DNA of 64,000 bases from a bacterium (GTDB lineage Bacteria; Patescibacteriota; Minisyncoccia; UBA6257; Colwellbacteraceae): assembly GCA_029548485.1 (NCBI GenBank), contig JAKPNH010000007.1:28706-92705 (forward strand), read 5' to 3'. Shown piece by piece: positions 46,196 through 55,426 of this stretch. Made by a program: the position numbers and the translations under genes. The notes under the pieces are model-generated. The model did no database searches and was not told the DNA's origin. It worked only from the letters and a program-made list of their open reading frames with translations. The first letter of the stretch is position 1. Each line of letters begins with the position of its first letter.

Positions 46196-48574
46196 TTATT
46201 TCTTGTTTCCCTCTTCCGGCTTTTCCGATTTTTGTTCGGGTTCTTTTTTCTCCTCCTCTTTCGCGGCCGTCTCCGTTCCTTCCCGATAGAACTTTCTTTC
46301 GCTGCTTTCGGCGAAAGACCTAAGCCTGGCGGATAGCTGCAGATCTTGTGTCTCGAGAAGCGTTTCGGCCGCTCTCTTCGCCGCGCCGGTGATGCTCAAG
46401 AGATTGCTCGTGTTCACTCCTTCGGCTTTCATGAGTTCTTTCAAAAGATTGGGATTTTTCTTGTACATCTCCAAAACGAGATTTTCTTGAATGGCGCTTA
46501 AGGATTGCGGGTCGGGAATCACGGCTTTCCCGACCGCTTTTGGATCTTGGAGATCAACGAAAATGGAGCCGACGAGCATCTGCCTCGCGTCTTTGGGAGA
46601 GAGCTTGTCGACAAACTTGGATATATTCGTCCTGATCGTTTCGGGGTCGGCGGGAGAAGCCCTCAGAGCCTCGTAAATATCTACGTTCAACCCGAGCCGT
46701 TTGAAGAGATCGTCGTCTTTGAAACCCAGTCCTTTGTACGTCCTGATGAAGTCGGGATTCAACAGCTTGGCGGCCGGAGCTTGAACCTTGGAAAATTCTT
46801 TCTTGCCGACAATTCTGTTAACGGCGACGGCCAGCCGAGCTCCGCTCAGTCTCGGAATGAGGCTGGCGATATTCTCGTCGGACAGTCCTTGGAACTCCGC
46901 TTTATAAGCATCGATTGTCTGTTTGCCGACGGCTTCTTGCTGTTTCTTGACGCCTCCGGAGATTCTGGCGAGAGTGGTTCCTTTCAGGCGGTCAACGGGG
47001 CTCTCGCTCGACAAAAGTCTGGCAACGTTTTCTTTGCTGGTAGGCCCTTTAAGCCGTTCTTGCGCAACCTGGGTGGCCTCTCTTCTTACGGCGGCCAAAG
47101 GCTGTCTGTAGAGTCTTTCGGATAAAGTTTGGGTGGTCCACTTCTTGGCCGCGTTCAACGCTTTGTCCGCCCTTCCCAAGACAGCTTTTCCTCCGCCCAA
47201 GCTAAGGCTGTTAGCCCATTGCAATCCGATGATAAGCAGAATCAATTGAAGAACCAATCTGCCGACGGATAACCCGAGAGAGGCTCCAAAAACCGTACTG
47301 GCAGTGCCGTCGAGCCCGGCGGAGCTCAAACTTAGGATGATATAAATGAAAAACGTCATCACCGGCGCAAAAAGCAGCCAGCGGACGAACTGTTCGCTCC
47401 AATTCTTGAACGAACCGAGGTTCTTGAAGGTGACGACCGGAAAAACCTCCATGAAAATCACGAAAGGCGAAATAATGACGAGAAAAGTCAGGTATGCCCA
47501 ACGGATGAAAAACATGATGGCGATGGCCAGCATCGTGAGAATCATGCCGACGCCGACAAGAGCGGTCAAAAGCGGCACGAAGATCAATTGTAAAGCGCCT
47601 TCTATATTCCCCAATAAAAATCCTTTCATGGTGGGAATCGTCCCAAAATATCTCCAGGCGTTTGACGAAGAAACCATTTGGCTCAAAGACCTGGTGATGT
47701 CGTCGGAAATACTGATGAACATTCCGGCCAAAGCGAAAGCGAAGTTGACGAGGAAGAAAGCGAGAAGGAATTGAGGCAGCCTTTCCTTCCCGATTTTGTT
47801 CAGGAGGTTGAAGTTGGGGAAGACCGGTTTTAGCATGGTAGCGAAACCGATGATGAGTACTCCGAACACGAAAAATATATTGACGAATTGGAGTACGACG
47901 TCGAAACCCACTTTGGCCAGGCTAGCCGGTCCGTAAATGGTTTCGTTCAAGGCGATCGCTCCGGACATCAGTTGGACGGATAGTTGAACAAACACTTTCA
48001 CGATGCCGCCGACTATGCTGGTGAGAAAGCAGGCGATCGTGCCGAAGATATTGAGGCTTAGAAGCGGCAGCAAACAGCCCGATTCTTCCGTTGATTCACA
48101 AACGCCTTGGGTAGAATCGGGAAAGTAAGCGCAAGTCAGCGGACTTCGGCAAGATTGGAAATATGTCCGTTCGTTGCCCTCTTCGTCTGTTTCGCTTAAT
48201 CGGCCGCACGATTCTCCTTGTGCTGATCCGGCAAGACCCAATTCGGCTTGTTGCTGTTCGATATATCTTTCCGCTTCCTCGGCGATGTAGCATTGGCCGG
48301 AATCATAGCCGGCATAGGCGGCGACGCAAGCGTAGCCGGTAGGGCATTCTCTCGCCATGCCCACTTGGCAGCACTGGGGCTCTCCGATCGGACCGCTCGC
48401 CGAATAACAAGTGCCCGTTGTTGAAGAGGTAGGAGAGCAATAATTGCCGACAGAACAAGAGCTCGAATCTCGGGGATCGCAACTCTGCCCAGGAGGGAAA
48501 CAAGCCGCCTTTGCTTTTCCGGTAATGACCGCAACCGACAAAACAACCGCGATCAAGAGAAAATATTTGCGCAT
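46196..48574 (-). CDS. VirB6/TrbL-like polytopic membrane protein with an N-terminal Cys-rich secreted domain and a C-terminal hydrophilic tail
   Basis: Start taken at MRKYFLLIAVVLSVAVITG (signal peptide). The extracytoplasmic domain is Cys-rich (about 20 Cys), followed by at least 8 TM helices and a long charged C-terminus. This is the architecture of VirB6/TrbL family proteins. Confidence 0.5.
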   Translation of the reverse strand: MRKYFLLIAVVLSVAVITGKAKAACFPPGQSCDPRDSSSCSVGNYCSPTSSTTGTCYSASGPIGEPQCCQVGMARECPTGYACVAAYAGYDSGQCYIAEEAERYIEQQQAELGLAGSAQGESCGRLSETDEEGNERTYFQSCRSPLTCAYFPDSTQGVCESTEESGCLLPLLSLNIFGTIACFLTSIVGGIVKVFVQLSVQLMSGAIALNETIYGPASLAKVGFDVVLQFVNIFFVFGVLIIGFATMLKPVFPNFNLLNKIGKERLPQFLLAFFLVNFAFALAGMFISISDDITRSLSQMVSSSNAWRYFGTIPTMKGFLLGNIEGALQLIFVPLLTALVGVGMILTMLAIAIMFFIRWAYLTFLVIISPFVIFMEVFPVVTFKNLGSFKNWSEQFVRWLLFAPVMTFFIYIILSLSSAGLDGTASTVFGASLGLSVGRLVLQLILLIIGLQWANSLSLGGGKAVLGRADKALNAAKKWTTQTLSERLYRQPLAAVRREATQVAQERLKGPTSKENVARLLSSESPVDRLKGTTLARISGGVKKQQEAVGKQTIDAYKAEFQGLSDENIASLIPRLSGARLAVAVNRIVGKKEFSKVQAPAAKLLNPDFIRTYKGLGFKDDDLFKRLGLNVDIYEALRASPADPETIRTNISKFVDKLSPKDARQMLVGSIFVDLQDPKAVGKAVIPDPQSLSAIQENLVLEMYKKNPNLLKELMKAEGVNTSNLLSITGAAKRAAETLLETQDLQLSARLRSFAESSERKFYREGTETAAKEEEKKEPEQKSEKPEEGNKK

Positions 48575-48593
48575 TATTGAAATAATACCATTT

Positions 48594-49358
48594 TTACTCC
48601 GCGAAAACACGGCTAAGCTCGAGAATCTGGCTAAAAGAAAGGTCCTGGCCCCGCAAAGAAGGATCGATTCCTTGTTTTTCCAGTTTTTCCTTGAGTTTTT
48701 CTTTGTCGGTTTCAAGAGAAGAAAGGTTGTTCAAAACGGTTTTTCTCGGTTGCTTGAAAAGCGCCTTTACGAACGGATAATAGTTTTCCCGATCGGCCGG
48801 CGATCCGGCCGGACGGGTTTTCAGGAGAATGACCGCTGAATCCACTTTCGGCGACGGAGAAAAATCCTTTTTGGAGACGAAAGAGACGATTTTCGGCTCG
48901 GCCCAGAAGCGGACGCTCGCCGCGAGCAAATTCATTTTCGGAGGCTCGGCCGCGATTCTTTCGGCCACTTCTTTTTGGACGGTAAAGACCGAAAGCGTCG
49001 GTTTTTTCGGAAGGTTTTCGATTGTCCGGAAAAGATAGCCGCTGATGTAATAAGGAATGTTGCCGCAGAGCTTGTAGTCGCCTTCCAAATCATTAGCGAT
49101 CGAAGGTAGTTCTTCCAAGGCATCGCCGAGAACCACTTCCAGGTTCGGAAAAGAGTGCGCCAATTTAATCGCCAAACCCTTGTCTTTTTCGATCGCGATC
49201 AACCTTTGCGGCTTTCGGTCCAGAATATGCCTGGTCAGTTCTCCGTGGCCCGGACCGATTTCGATAACCGTGTCGGCTTCGGAGATTTCCAAAGCCGAGG
49301 CGATCTTCCGGAGAACCTCCTGGTTTTTCAAGAAATGCTGGCCGAGGCGCCTCATCAA
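48594..49358 (-). CDS. rsmA: 16S rRNA (adenine1518-N6/adenine1519-N6)-dimethyltransferase
   Basis: KsgA N-terminus LGQHFL, SAM-binding motif IEIGPGHGELT. Confidence 0.9.
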   Translation of the reverse strand: MMRRLGQHFLKNQEVLRKIASALEISEADTVIEIGPGHGELTRHILDRKPQRLIAIEKDKGLAIKLAHSFPNLEVVLGDALEELPSIANDLEGDYKLCGNIPYYISGYLFRTIENLPKKPTLSVFTVQKEVAERIAAEPPKMNLLAASVRFWAEPKIVSFVSKKDFSPSPKVDSAVILLKTRPAGSPADRENYYPFVKALFKQPRKTVLNNLSSLETDKEKLKEKLEKQGIDPSLRGQDLSFSQILELSRVFAE

Positions 49359-51121
49359 TCCAAGTATATCGTATCCTCGTCGGTTTCGGGCTTAATGCCG
49401 TCGAACTCGACGAGCTCCGGCGGGATTTCGTAGAGAAACCGCGAGGGAAAGCTGAAAAAACTCAAGAACAGTTTTTCTTTGGCCCGGGTCATGGCCACGT
49501 ACATGAGCCGGCGCTCTTCTTCGAGCTCGTCTTGGGAAACGAGCGAACGTTGGTGCGGCAAGATGCCTTCGTTCGCTCCGCAAACGAAGACGTTCTGGAA
49601 TTCGAGTCCTTTGGAAAGGTGGATGGTCATCATTTTGACTCCGGGACGTTCGCCGGTTGCTTTCATCTCGTCGGTCGCCTGGAAAAGCGAGACTTTTTCG
49701 AGCAATTCCTCGAGAGAGTTCGATCCGGCCGCGAAATTGACCAACTCGCCGATGTTCTCCATCCGTTCTTCGGAGTTTTTGAACTTGGTCGCGAGAAACA
49801 CCGGATAGTCGGTCGTCTGGAGAACGAAGCCGATGAGCTCGGCCGGAGAAAGCGAAACGGCCATTTCCGGAAGCCGTTCGACAAGCTCGGCTGCCGGCTT
49901 TCTATTGAAAGACGTTTCGATGCGTTCGCGGCTGATCGAGTCTTTCGGGTTGAATCCGTATCTTAAACAGGCGACGATGTCTTTGATCTCTTTCCTTTCG
50001 TAGAATTTCAGCCCGCCGTAGATCTGGTAAGGGATTTGGTTATAGATGAAATATTGCTCGATCGGCCGCGACTGGGCGTTGGTGCGAAAAAGCACGGCCG
50101 TATTCTCGTAGTTCCCCAAGCCGATTATCTTTTCCGAAAGCCATTCGGCTTCGTCTTCAGCGTTGTAGGCTCCGAAGACATGAACCAAATCTCCTTCGGG
50201 GTTTTCGGTCCAAAGGTTCTTCGGCCGCTGGAGCGTGTTGTGGCCGATGACTCCGCCGGCCGCGGCGATGATGTTTTTGGTGGAGCGGTAATTCTGATCC
50301 AGAGTGACGATCTTGGCTTCGGGCCAGTCTTTCTCGAAATTGAGAAAATTCCGGAAGTCCGACCCCCGGAAGCTGTAGATGCTTTGGCAGTCGTCGCCGA
50401 CGACGCTCAAATTACGGTGTTCGGAAGCGAGCAAGCGCACCAGTTCGTACTGGCTCTGGTTGATGTCTTGGTATTCGTCGACAAGGATATGCCTGAATCT
50501 GCGCCGGTATTCCCGGAGAACGTCGGGAGATTCGCGGAAAAGCCTGACGGTTTTTTCGATGAGGTCGTCGAAGTCAAAAGCGTTTTCTTCGGCCAGCCCG
50601 GCTTCGTATTTTTCGAATATCTTCAAAGCCAGATCGTCTCCCAAGTCTTCCGGCTGCAAAAGCTCGCTTTTGATTTTGGAGATTTTTCCCACAAAACTCG
50701 CTCCGGGAAACCTTTCTTTGTCGAGATCGAGAGATTTGATGATGTTTTTGACTAGCCTCGAGGAATCATCGTCGTCGAAAATGACATAACCCCGGGTCCG
50801 CCCGAAAGACGGCTCCTGCCGCAGGATTTTCGCGCCGAGCGAATGGAAAGTGCCGAGGAACGGCAGGCCGCGGGATTTTATCTCCGGGTAAACCCGTCTT
50901 TTGATTTCCTCGGCCGCTTTGTTCGTGAAGGTGATGGCGACGATCTGCTCGGCCGGAACGCCTTTTTCGAGCAGAAAAGCCAGCCTTTGGGTCAGGGTTT
51001 TGGTCTTGCCGGATCCGGCGCCGGCGGTGATGAGAAGCGGTCCGTCGCCGGCAGTGGCCGCTTCTAACTGGCGATCGTTCAGGTTTTGTGGTATGATGGG
51101 CATATTAGTAATTTGACCCAC
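49355..51121 (-). CDS. pcrA: ATP-dependent DNA helicase (UvrD/PcrA/Rep family)
   Basis: SF1 helicase motifs: Walker A AGAGSGKTKTLT, motif II (DEYQD), motif III, and so on. Confidence 0.9.
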   Translation of the reverse strand: MGQITNMPIIPQNLNDRQLEAATAGDGPLLITAGAGSGKTKTLTQRLAFLLEKGVPAEQIVAITFTNKAAEEIKRRVYPEIKSRGLPFLGTFHSLGAKILRQEPSFGRTRGYVIFDDDDSSRLVKNIIKSLDLDKERFPGASFVGKISKIKSELLQPEDLGDDLALKIFEKYEAGLAEENAFDFDDLIEKTVRLFRESPDVLREYRRRFRHILVDEYQDINQSQYELVRLLASEHRNLSVVGDDCQSIYSFRGSDFRNFLNFEKDWPEAKIVTLDQNYRSTKNIIAAAGGVIGHNTLQRPKNLWTENPEGDLVHVFGAYNAEDEAEWLSEKIIGLGNYENTAVLFRTNAQSRPIEQYFIYNQIPYQIYGGLKFYERKEIKDIVACLRYGFNPKDSISRERIETSFNRKPAAELVERLPEMAVSLSPAELIGFVLQTTDYPVFLATKFKNSEERMENIGELVNFAAGSNSLEELLEKVSLFQATDEMKATGERPGVKMMTIHLSKGLEFQNVFVCGANEGILPHQRSLVSQDELEEERRLMYVAMTRAKEKLFLSFFSFPSRFLYEIPPELVEFDGIKPETDEDTIYLD

Positions 51122-51739
51122 AAATCGAGATATGTTCTCCTGGCGGTTATAGGACTCGCCATATTTTTTGCGGGTTTTGGCCAGAGTATTTTAGCAAAAA
51201 GCGAAGCCAAAAAGCTATCGCAGTTCATGGCCGAAAACTCGGCTTTGGGATCGGTCCTCTTCGGTCTGCGCCAGGACGGCTCGCTCGCCGCTTCTTCGGA
51301 AATCGTGTCCCAGGCGGAGGTGATTTCCGACGGGCTGAACCGGGAGCGGATCATGGAAGGTGCTTTATTCGAAGCTTCGGAAACGGTCGAAGACGACCCG
51401 GAAGCGAGAACCGAGACCCTCGTTTACAAGGTTCTCTCCAGAGACAGCCTTACTTCCATCGCTAAAAAGTTCAATATTTCGATCGATACGATCGTCTGGG
51501 CGAACAGTCTGACCAATCGGACGATCAAAACCAACATGAACCTCGTCATTCTTCCGGTTTCCGGAGTGCTTCACGAAATCCGTTCCGGCGAATCCGTGGA
51601 ATCGATCGCCGATGTCTACCATGTGCCGGCCCAGCAGATTTACGCTTTCAACAAAGGGAAAATCTTGACCGAGGGCGTGAAGCTCGTGGTTCCCGGAGCC
51701 GAGCCTTTGGAAAGCGACTTGGCCACGGCCGCAAACTGA
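51086..51739 (+). CDS. LysM-domain peptidoglycan-binding protein (N-terminal TM, two LysM repeats)
   Basis: Two LysM-like repeats (YKVLSRDSLTSIAKKFNISIDTIVWAN and HEIRSGESVESIADVYHVPAQQIYAFN). The start overlaps the divergent pcrA start, so it is probably mis-set. Confidence 0.65.
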   Translation: MWYDGHISNLTHKSRYVLLAVIGLAIFFAGFGQSILAKSEAKKLSQFMAENSALGSVLFGLRQDGSLAASSEIVSQAEVISDGLNRERIMEGALFEASETVEDDPEARTETLVYKVLSRDSLTSIAKKFNISIDTIVWANSLTNRTIKTNMNLVILPVSGVLHEIRSGESVESIADVYHVPAQQIYAFNKGKILTEGVKLVVPGAEPLESDLATAAN

Positions 51740-51839
51740 ACGAATAGACGATTTCCGCCGGCTAAACAGCCGGCGTTTTCAATATGAAGGCCGACGTCGA
51801 GTCGGCCTTCATTGTCTTCCTCACAGGCTTGGCGGAGAA

Positions 51840-52175
51840 TCAGCTTTCGGACTTGTTGTGTTTCCGGCAATAGCGCGCCGACGGGTTCAATTCGAGTATT
51901 TCCGTCTCGATATCTTCTCCGCCGATTTCGCATTTTCCGTAAACCCCGTCTTTTATTTTGTTCAAAGCCGAGCGGATATCGTCGAGCTTGTGGAGAAGGA
52001 TGTCCTGTTTGCTCGCCTGGAGGTCGGCCGCGGCAGACTCGTCGGCTTCTTCGGTATCCTCGTCCTGCGAATCGCCGAATTCGATGATGTCCGGCGTGGC
52101 CTTGAGCTTGGCCTCGACTTCGGCCTCTTCCTGAAGCAACCTCTTCTCGAATTTTTCTAAATCCTCGTTCGTCAT
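51840..52175 (-). CDS. DksA/TraR-family C4 zinc-finger protein
   Basis: Acidic coiled-coil N-terminus and a C-terminal CxxC...CxxC-like region (YGKCEIGGEDI...ARYCRKH). Confidence 0.55.
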   Translation of the reverse strand: MTNEDLEKFEKRLLQEEAEVEAKLKATPDIIEFGDSQDEDTEEADESAAADLQASKQDILLHKLDDIRSALNKIKDGVYGKCEIGGEDIETEILELNPSARYCRKHNKSES

Positions 52176-52188
52176 ATAATCAAAGTAT

Positions 52189-52758
52189 ATGATTTACAGC
52201 TTAAAAGGCAAACTGGCGGGAAAGGGATCGGGATACGTGGTCGTGGAAACCTCCGGAATGGGGTATAAAGCTTTTTTTCCAGCTTCGTCCGAGAACAAAC
52301 TTCCCGAGATCGGAAAAGAAATCAAGCTCTACACCGAGCTTAGGATAAAAAAAGACGAAGGGTTCGACCTCTACGGGTTCTTGTACAAAGAAGAAAGGGA
52401 TTTCTTCGGGGTTTTGAATACGGTTTCCGGAGTCGGCCCGAAAACCGCTCTGGGGATATTGAACCTGGCGCCTGTCGGAGACTTGAAATCCGCCATCGCC
52501 GACGGGAACAGGGATATTCTCGTAAAATCGATCGGCATCGGAAAGAAAACCGCCGAAAGACTGATCACCGAACTCAAAGACAAGATTTTCGTTCCCGAAT
52601 CCGGGAAAAAATCGGCTGCCTGGGACGAAGACGTTTATCAGGCGCTTTTGGAGCTCGGTTACAAATCGAAAGACGCCAAGGAGGCAGTGGTGAAAATAAA
52701 TCCGAGCCTCAAAACTTCGGCCGAGAGGCTGAAAGAAGCGCTCAAAAAAGTGAAATAA
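52189..52758 (+). CDS. ruvA: Holliday junction DNA helicase RuvA
   Basis: N-terminal OB domain (MIYSLKGKL...VVVETSGMGYKAFF), central HhH pairs (VSGVGPKTALGIL, IGIGKKTAERL), and a C-terminal domain III. Confidence 0.9.
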   Translation: MIYSLKGKLAGKGSGYVVVETSGMGYKAFFPASSENKLPEIGKEIKLYTELRIKKDEGFDLYGFLYKEERDFFGVLNTVSGVGPKTALGILNLAPVGDLKSAIADGNRDILVKSIGIGKKTAERLITELKDKIFVPESGKKSAAWDEDVYQALLELGYKSKDAKEAVVKINPSLKTSAERLKEALKKVK

Positions 52759-52783
52759 AAAGGGGCGCGCGCATCGTCGCCCC

Positions 52784-53017
52784 CTACGAGTTCCGCAGAG
52801 CTTCGGCTTTCCGCGGATCGCGGAAAATTCCGGCAGCCATGCGGACGGCTTCGGAGAAGCTACCGCCTTCGACCCAAGTGCTGCCTCCGAAGTGATTGAT
52901 TCTTGAAAGCAGAGAAGGTTTCTTTGTCTTAGGATCGAGATAAAAAGTAAGCTCCACTCCTTCGGGTGTCGAAACCGACACCCTCCCCTTGCTGACCTTT
53001 GTGACTTCGCAAGGCAA
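52784..53017 (-). CDS. hypothetical small protein
   Basis: 77-aa ORF with no recognisable motif. The coding status is uncertain. Confidence 0.25.
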   Translation of the reverse strand: MPCEVTKVSKGRVSVSTPEGVELTFYLDPKTKKPSLLSRINHFGGSTWVEGGSFSEAVRMAAGIFRDPRKAEALRNS

Positions 53018-53124
53018 TCGCCTCTCCTCCTTTTGAAGATCATCTATATTTTAATAATAACACATTTATCATCTTTTGTCCAGAACATTTTTCTTCGATA
53101 AAACCTTTGGGATATAATCTATGT

Positions 53125-54546
53125 ATGAAACTTACTTTTTTAGGCGGAATCGGAAACCTGACCGGCTCAAGTTATCTTTTGGAGAGCGAGCCGCTCGATC
53201 CAGATAAAAAGCCGGCCAAAATATTGATCGACTGCGGCTTGGAACAGGGCGGCAGTTATTGCGAAGATTCCAATTTCAAGCCGTTCCCGTTCGACCCGAA
53301 GGAAATCGACGCCGTCGTCGCCACCCACAGCCACATCGATCACATCGGCCGTTTGCCGCGTCTCGTCAAAAGCGGGTTCAGGGGCCCGATCATTTCCACG
53401 CCTCCGGGAAAAGACTTCGCCGAGGAATTGCTGCTCGATTCCGAGCAGCTCTTGAGGAACGAAGCCGAAGGAAAAGGAAAAGAGCCACTCTACAACCTGG
53501 ACGACGTGGAAAAGGCATTGAGCTTTTGGACATCCATCCGCTATCACGAGATCAAAAAAATCAAAGATTTCGAGATCGAGCTCTACGACGCCGGGCACAT
53601 CATGGGATCGAGTTTCGCCGTCGTCTCGGCCACGGAACCGAAAAAAAACGACGATGGCGTTGTCGAATCCGGCGCCGTCAAAAAGAAAGTCGTTTTTTCC
53701 GGAGACCTCGGCAACGTCCCGGCGCCGCTCGTCAAAGACACGGAGCTGGTGAACGAAGCGGATTACGTTTTGGTCGAATCGACTTACGGCGACCGGCGGC
53801 ACCAGGACCTCGAGACGAGACAGGATCTGCTCGAGAATGCCATCGAAGACACGGTCAAATCCAAAGGCGCCCTGATGATTCCGACTTTCGCCTTGGAGCG
53901 CACCCAGGAGCTCCTTTACGAAATCAACTCTCTCGTTTCCGAAGGCCGGATTCCTCCGGTGCCGATTTTCATCGACAGCCCGCTCGCCATCAAGCTGACG
54001 ACGATCTACAAGAAGTATTCCTTGAACCCCGAGTATTTCGACGCCGAATCTTTGGCAAAGCTCCGCGGCGGAGACGCCATTTTCGATTTTCCGGGATTGC
54101 AGACCACTTTGACCACCGAAGAATCGAAGATGATCAACGACGTTCCCATGCCCAAGGTGATCATCGCCGGTTCCGGCATGTCGCAGGGCGGCCGCATCAT
54201 CCACCACGAGCTTCGTTATCTTCCGGACAAAAACAGCACCATCCTTTTTATCGGCTACCAGGTGAAGGGATCGGTCGGAAGGGCCATTTTGGACGGCGAG
54301 AAAAAAGTGAGGATCATGGGTGAGGAAGTGCCGGTGCGCTGCCGGGTGCTTTCGATCGACGGCTATTCTTCTCACGCCGACCAGGAAGGATTGCTGAAGT
54401 GGCTTCGGCCGATGAAAGACAGCCTCAAAAAGATATTCGTCGTCCACGGCGAAGCGGAAGCGAGCGTCAAGTTCGCTTCCATGGCCGCGGATCAGTTGGC
54501 GGTTCCGACGGAGGTGCCGAGCAAAGGCGAGAGTGTGATATTATAA
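53125..54546 (+). CDS. MBL-fold beta-CASP family ribonuclease (RNase J / CPSF-like)
   Basis: Metallo-beta-lactamase motif HSHIDHIG and downstream beta-CASP motifs (D...H...H). Start taken at ATG (MKLTFLGG), 7 nt downstream of a TATAAT box. Confidence 0.7.
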   Translation: MKLTFLGGIGNLTGSSYLLESEPLDPDKKPAKILIDCGLEQGGSYCEDSNFKPFPFDPKEIDAVVATHSHIDHIGRLPRLVKSGFRGPIISTPPGKDFAEELLLDSEQLLRNEAEGKGKEPLYNLDDVEKALSFWTSIRYHEIKKIKDFEIELYDAGHIMGSSFAVVSATEPKKNDDGVVESGAVKKKVVFSGDLGNVPAPLVKDTELVNEADYVLVESTYGDRRHQDLETRQDLLENAIEDTVKSKGALMIPTFALERTQELLYEINSLVSEGRIPPVPIFIDSPLAIKLTTIYKKYSLNPEYFDAESLAKLRGGDAIFDFPGLQTTLTTEESKMINDVPMPKVIIAGSGMSQGGRIIHHELRYLPDKNSTILFIGYQVKGSVGRAILDGEKKVRIMGEEVPVRCRVLSIDGYSSHADQEGLLKWLRPMKDSLKKIFVVHGEAEASVKFASMAADQLAVPTEVPSKGESVIL

Positions 54547-54565
54547 AGAAAACAAAAAGAACAAC

Positions 54566-55147
54566 ATGCCCGAGCCGATACTTAAATACAAAATCTGCGT
54601 TTCCGGAGCGGCCGAAACCTCCCATTGCGGGGATAAGGCTTTTGAGCAGGCCGAAGAACTCGGCCGGGAAATAATCAGGCACGGCGCGGTCCTCGTCGAC
54701 GGCGCCACCACCGGCTTTCCTTTCTGGGCGGCCAAAGGCGCCAAGCTCGAGGGAGGAACCGTTGTCGGAGTTTCTCCGGCCGGATCAAAGCAGGAGCACA
54801 TAAAGGTTTTCAAGCTGCCGGTCGATTATCACGACATCATCATGTACACCGGCCACGGGTATTCCGGCCGCAACCTTTTGCTGACGCGGATGTCCGACGC
54901 CGTCGTCGTCGGCTGCGGCCGTATGGGAACGTTGAACGAATTCACCATCGCCTTCGAGGACAAGAAGCCGATCGGCATCTTGGAGGGAGAATGGGTGACG
55001 GACGAAGCCATCAAGACCATCATCGAAAAATCCTTCCGCGGGGAAGAGATGAAAGACCGCATCGTTTACGATTCTGACCCGAAAACCCTGCTCGACAAGC
55101 TTATCGCCATCGTCTCCAAGCTGGAAGAGGAAAACGGCATAAGATAG
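54566..55147 (+). CDS. LOG-family / TIGR00725-like Rossmann-fold protein
   Basis: VVVGCGRMGTLNEF resembles the LOG (lysine-decarboxylase-like) PGGxGTxxE motif. Confidence 0.55.
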   Translation: MPEPILKYKICVSGAAETSHCGDKAFEQAEELGREIIRHGAVLVDGATTGFPFWAAKGAKLEGGTVVGVSPAGSKQEHIKVFKLPVDYHDIIMYTGHGYSGRNLLLTRMSDAVVVGCGRMGTLNEFTIAFEDKKPIGILEGEWVTDEAIKTIIEKSFRGEEMKDRIVYDSDPKTLLDKLIAIVSKLEEENGIR

Positions 55148-55177
55148 ACGCATAAAGGTCGGAACTCAATTTCACAA

Positions 55178-55426
55178 ATGGAAAAACCAGTGGGCGTGGT
55201 CACCCATTATTACGACAAACTCGGCGTGGCCATCATCAAGCTTTCCGACGGATTGAAAATAGGCGACAAGATCAGGATTCTCGGAAAAACAACGGACTTT
55301 TCCGAAGAGAACACTTCGATGCAGATAGACCACCGGGCGATCGATTCGGCGAGCAAAGGCGAAGAAGTCGGGATCAAAATCGGCAGGGAAGCGCGCGAGG
55401 GCGATGAAGTTTTCAAGATCGTATAA
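55178..55426 (+). CDS. small beta-barrel protein (EF-Tu domain-2-like fold), hypothetical
   Basis: 82 aa. GVVTHYYDKLGVAIIKLSDGLKIGDKIRILGKTTDF resembles translation-factor domain-2-like standalone proteins. Confidence 0.4.
   Translation: MEKPVGVVTHYYDKLGVAIIKLSDGLKIGDKIRILGKTTDFSEENTSMQIDHRAIDSASKGEEVGIKIGREAREGDEVFKIV

Noticed and set aside
51086-51121. Overlapping divergent start codons of pcrA and the LysM gene
   Set aside because: Most likely a start-codon mis-call (the LysM protein probably initiates at an alternative codon). Not treated as a real feature.
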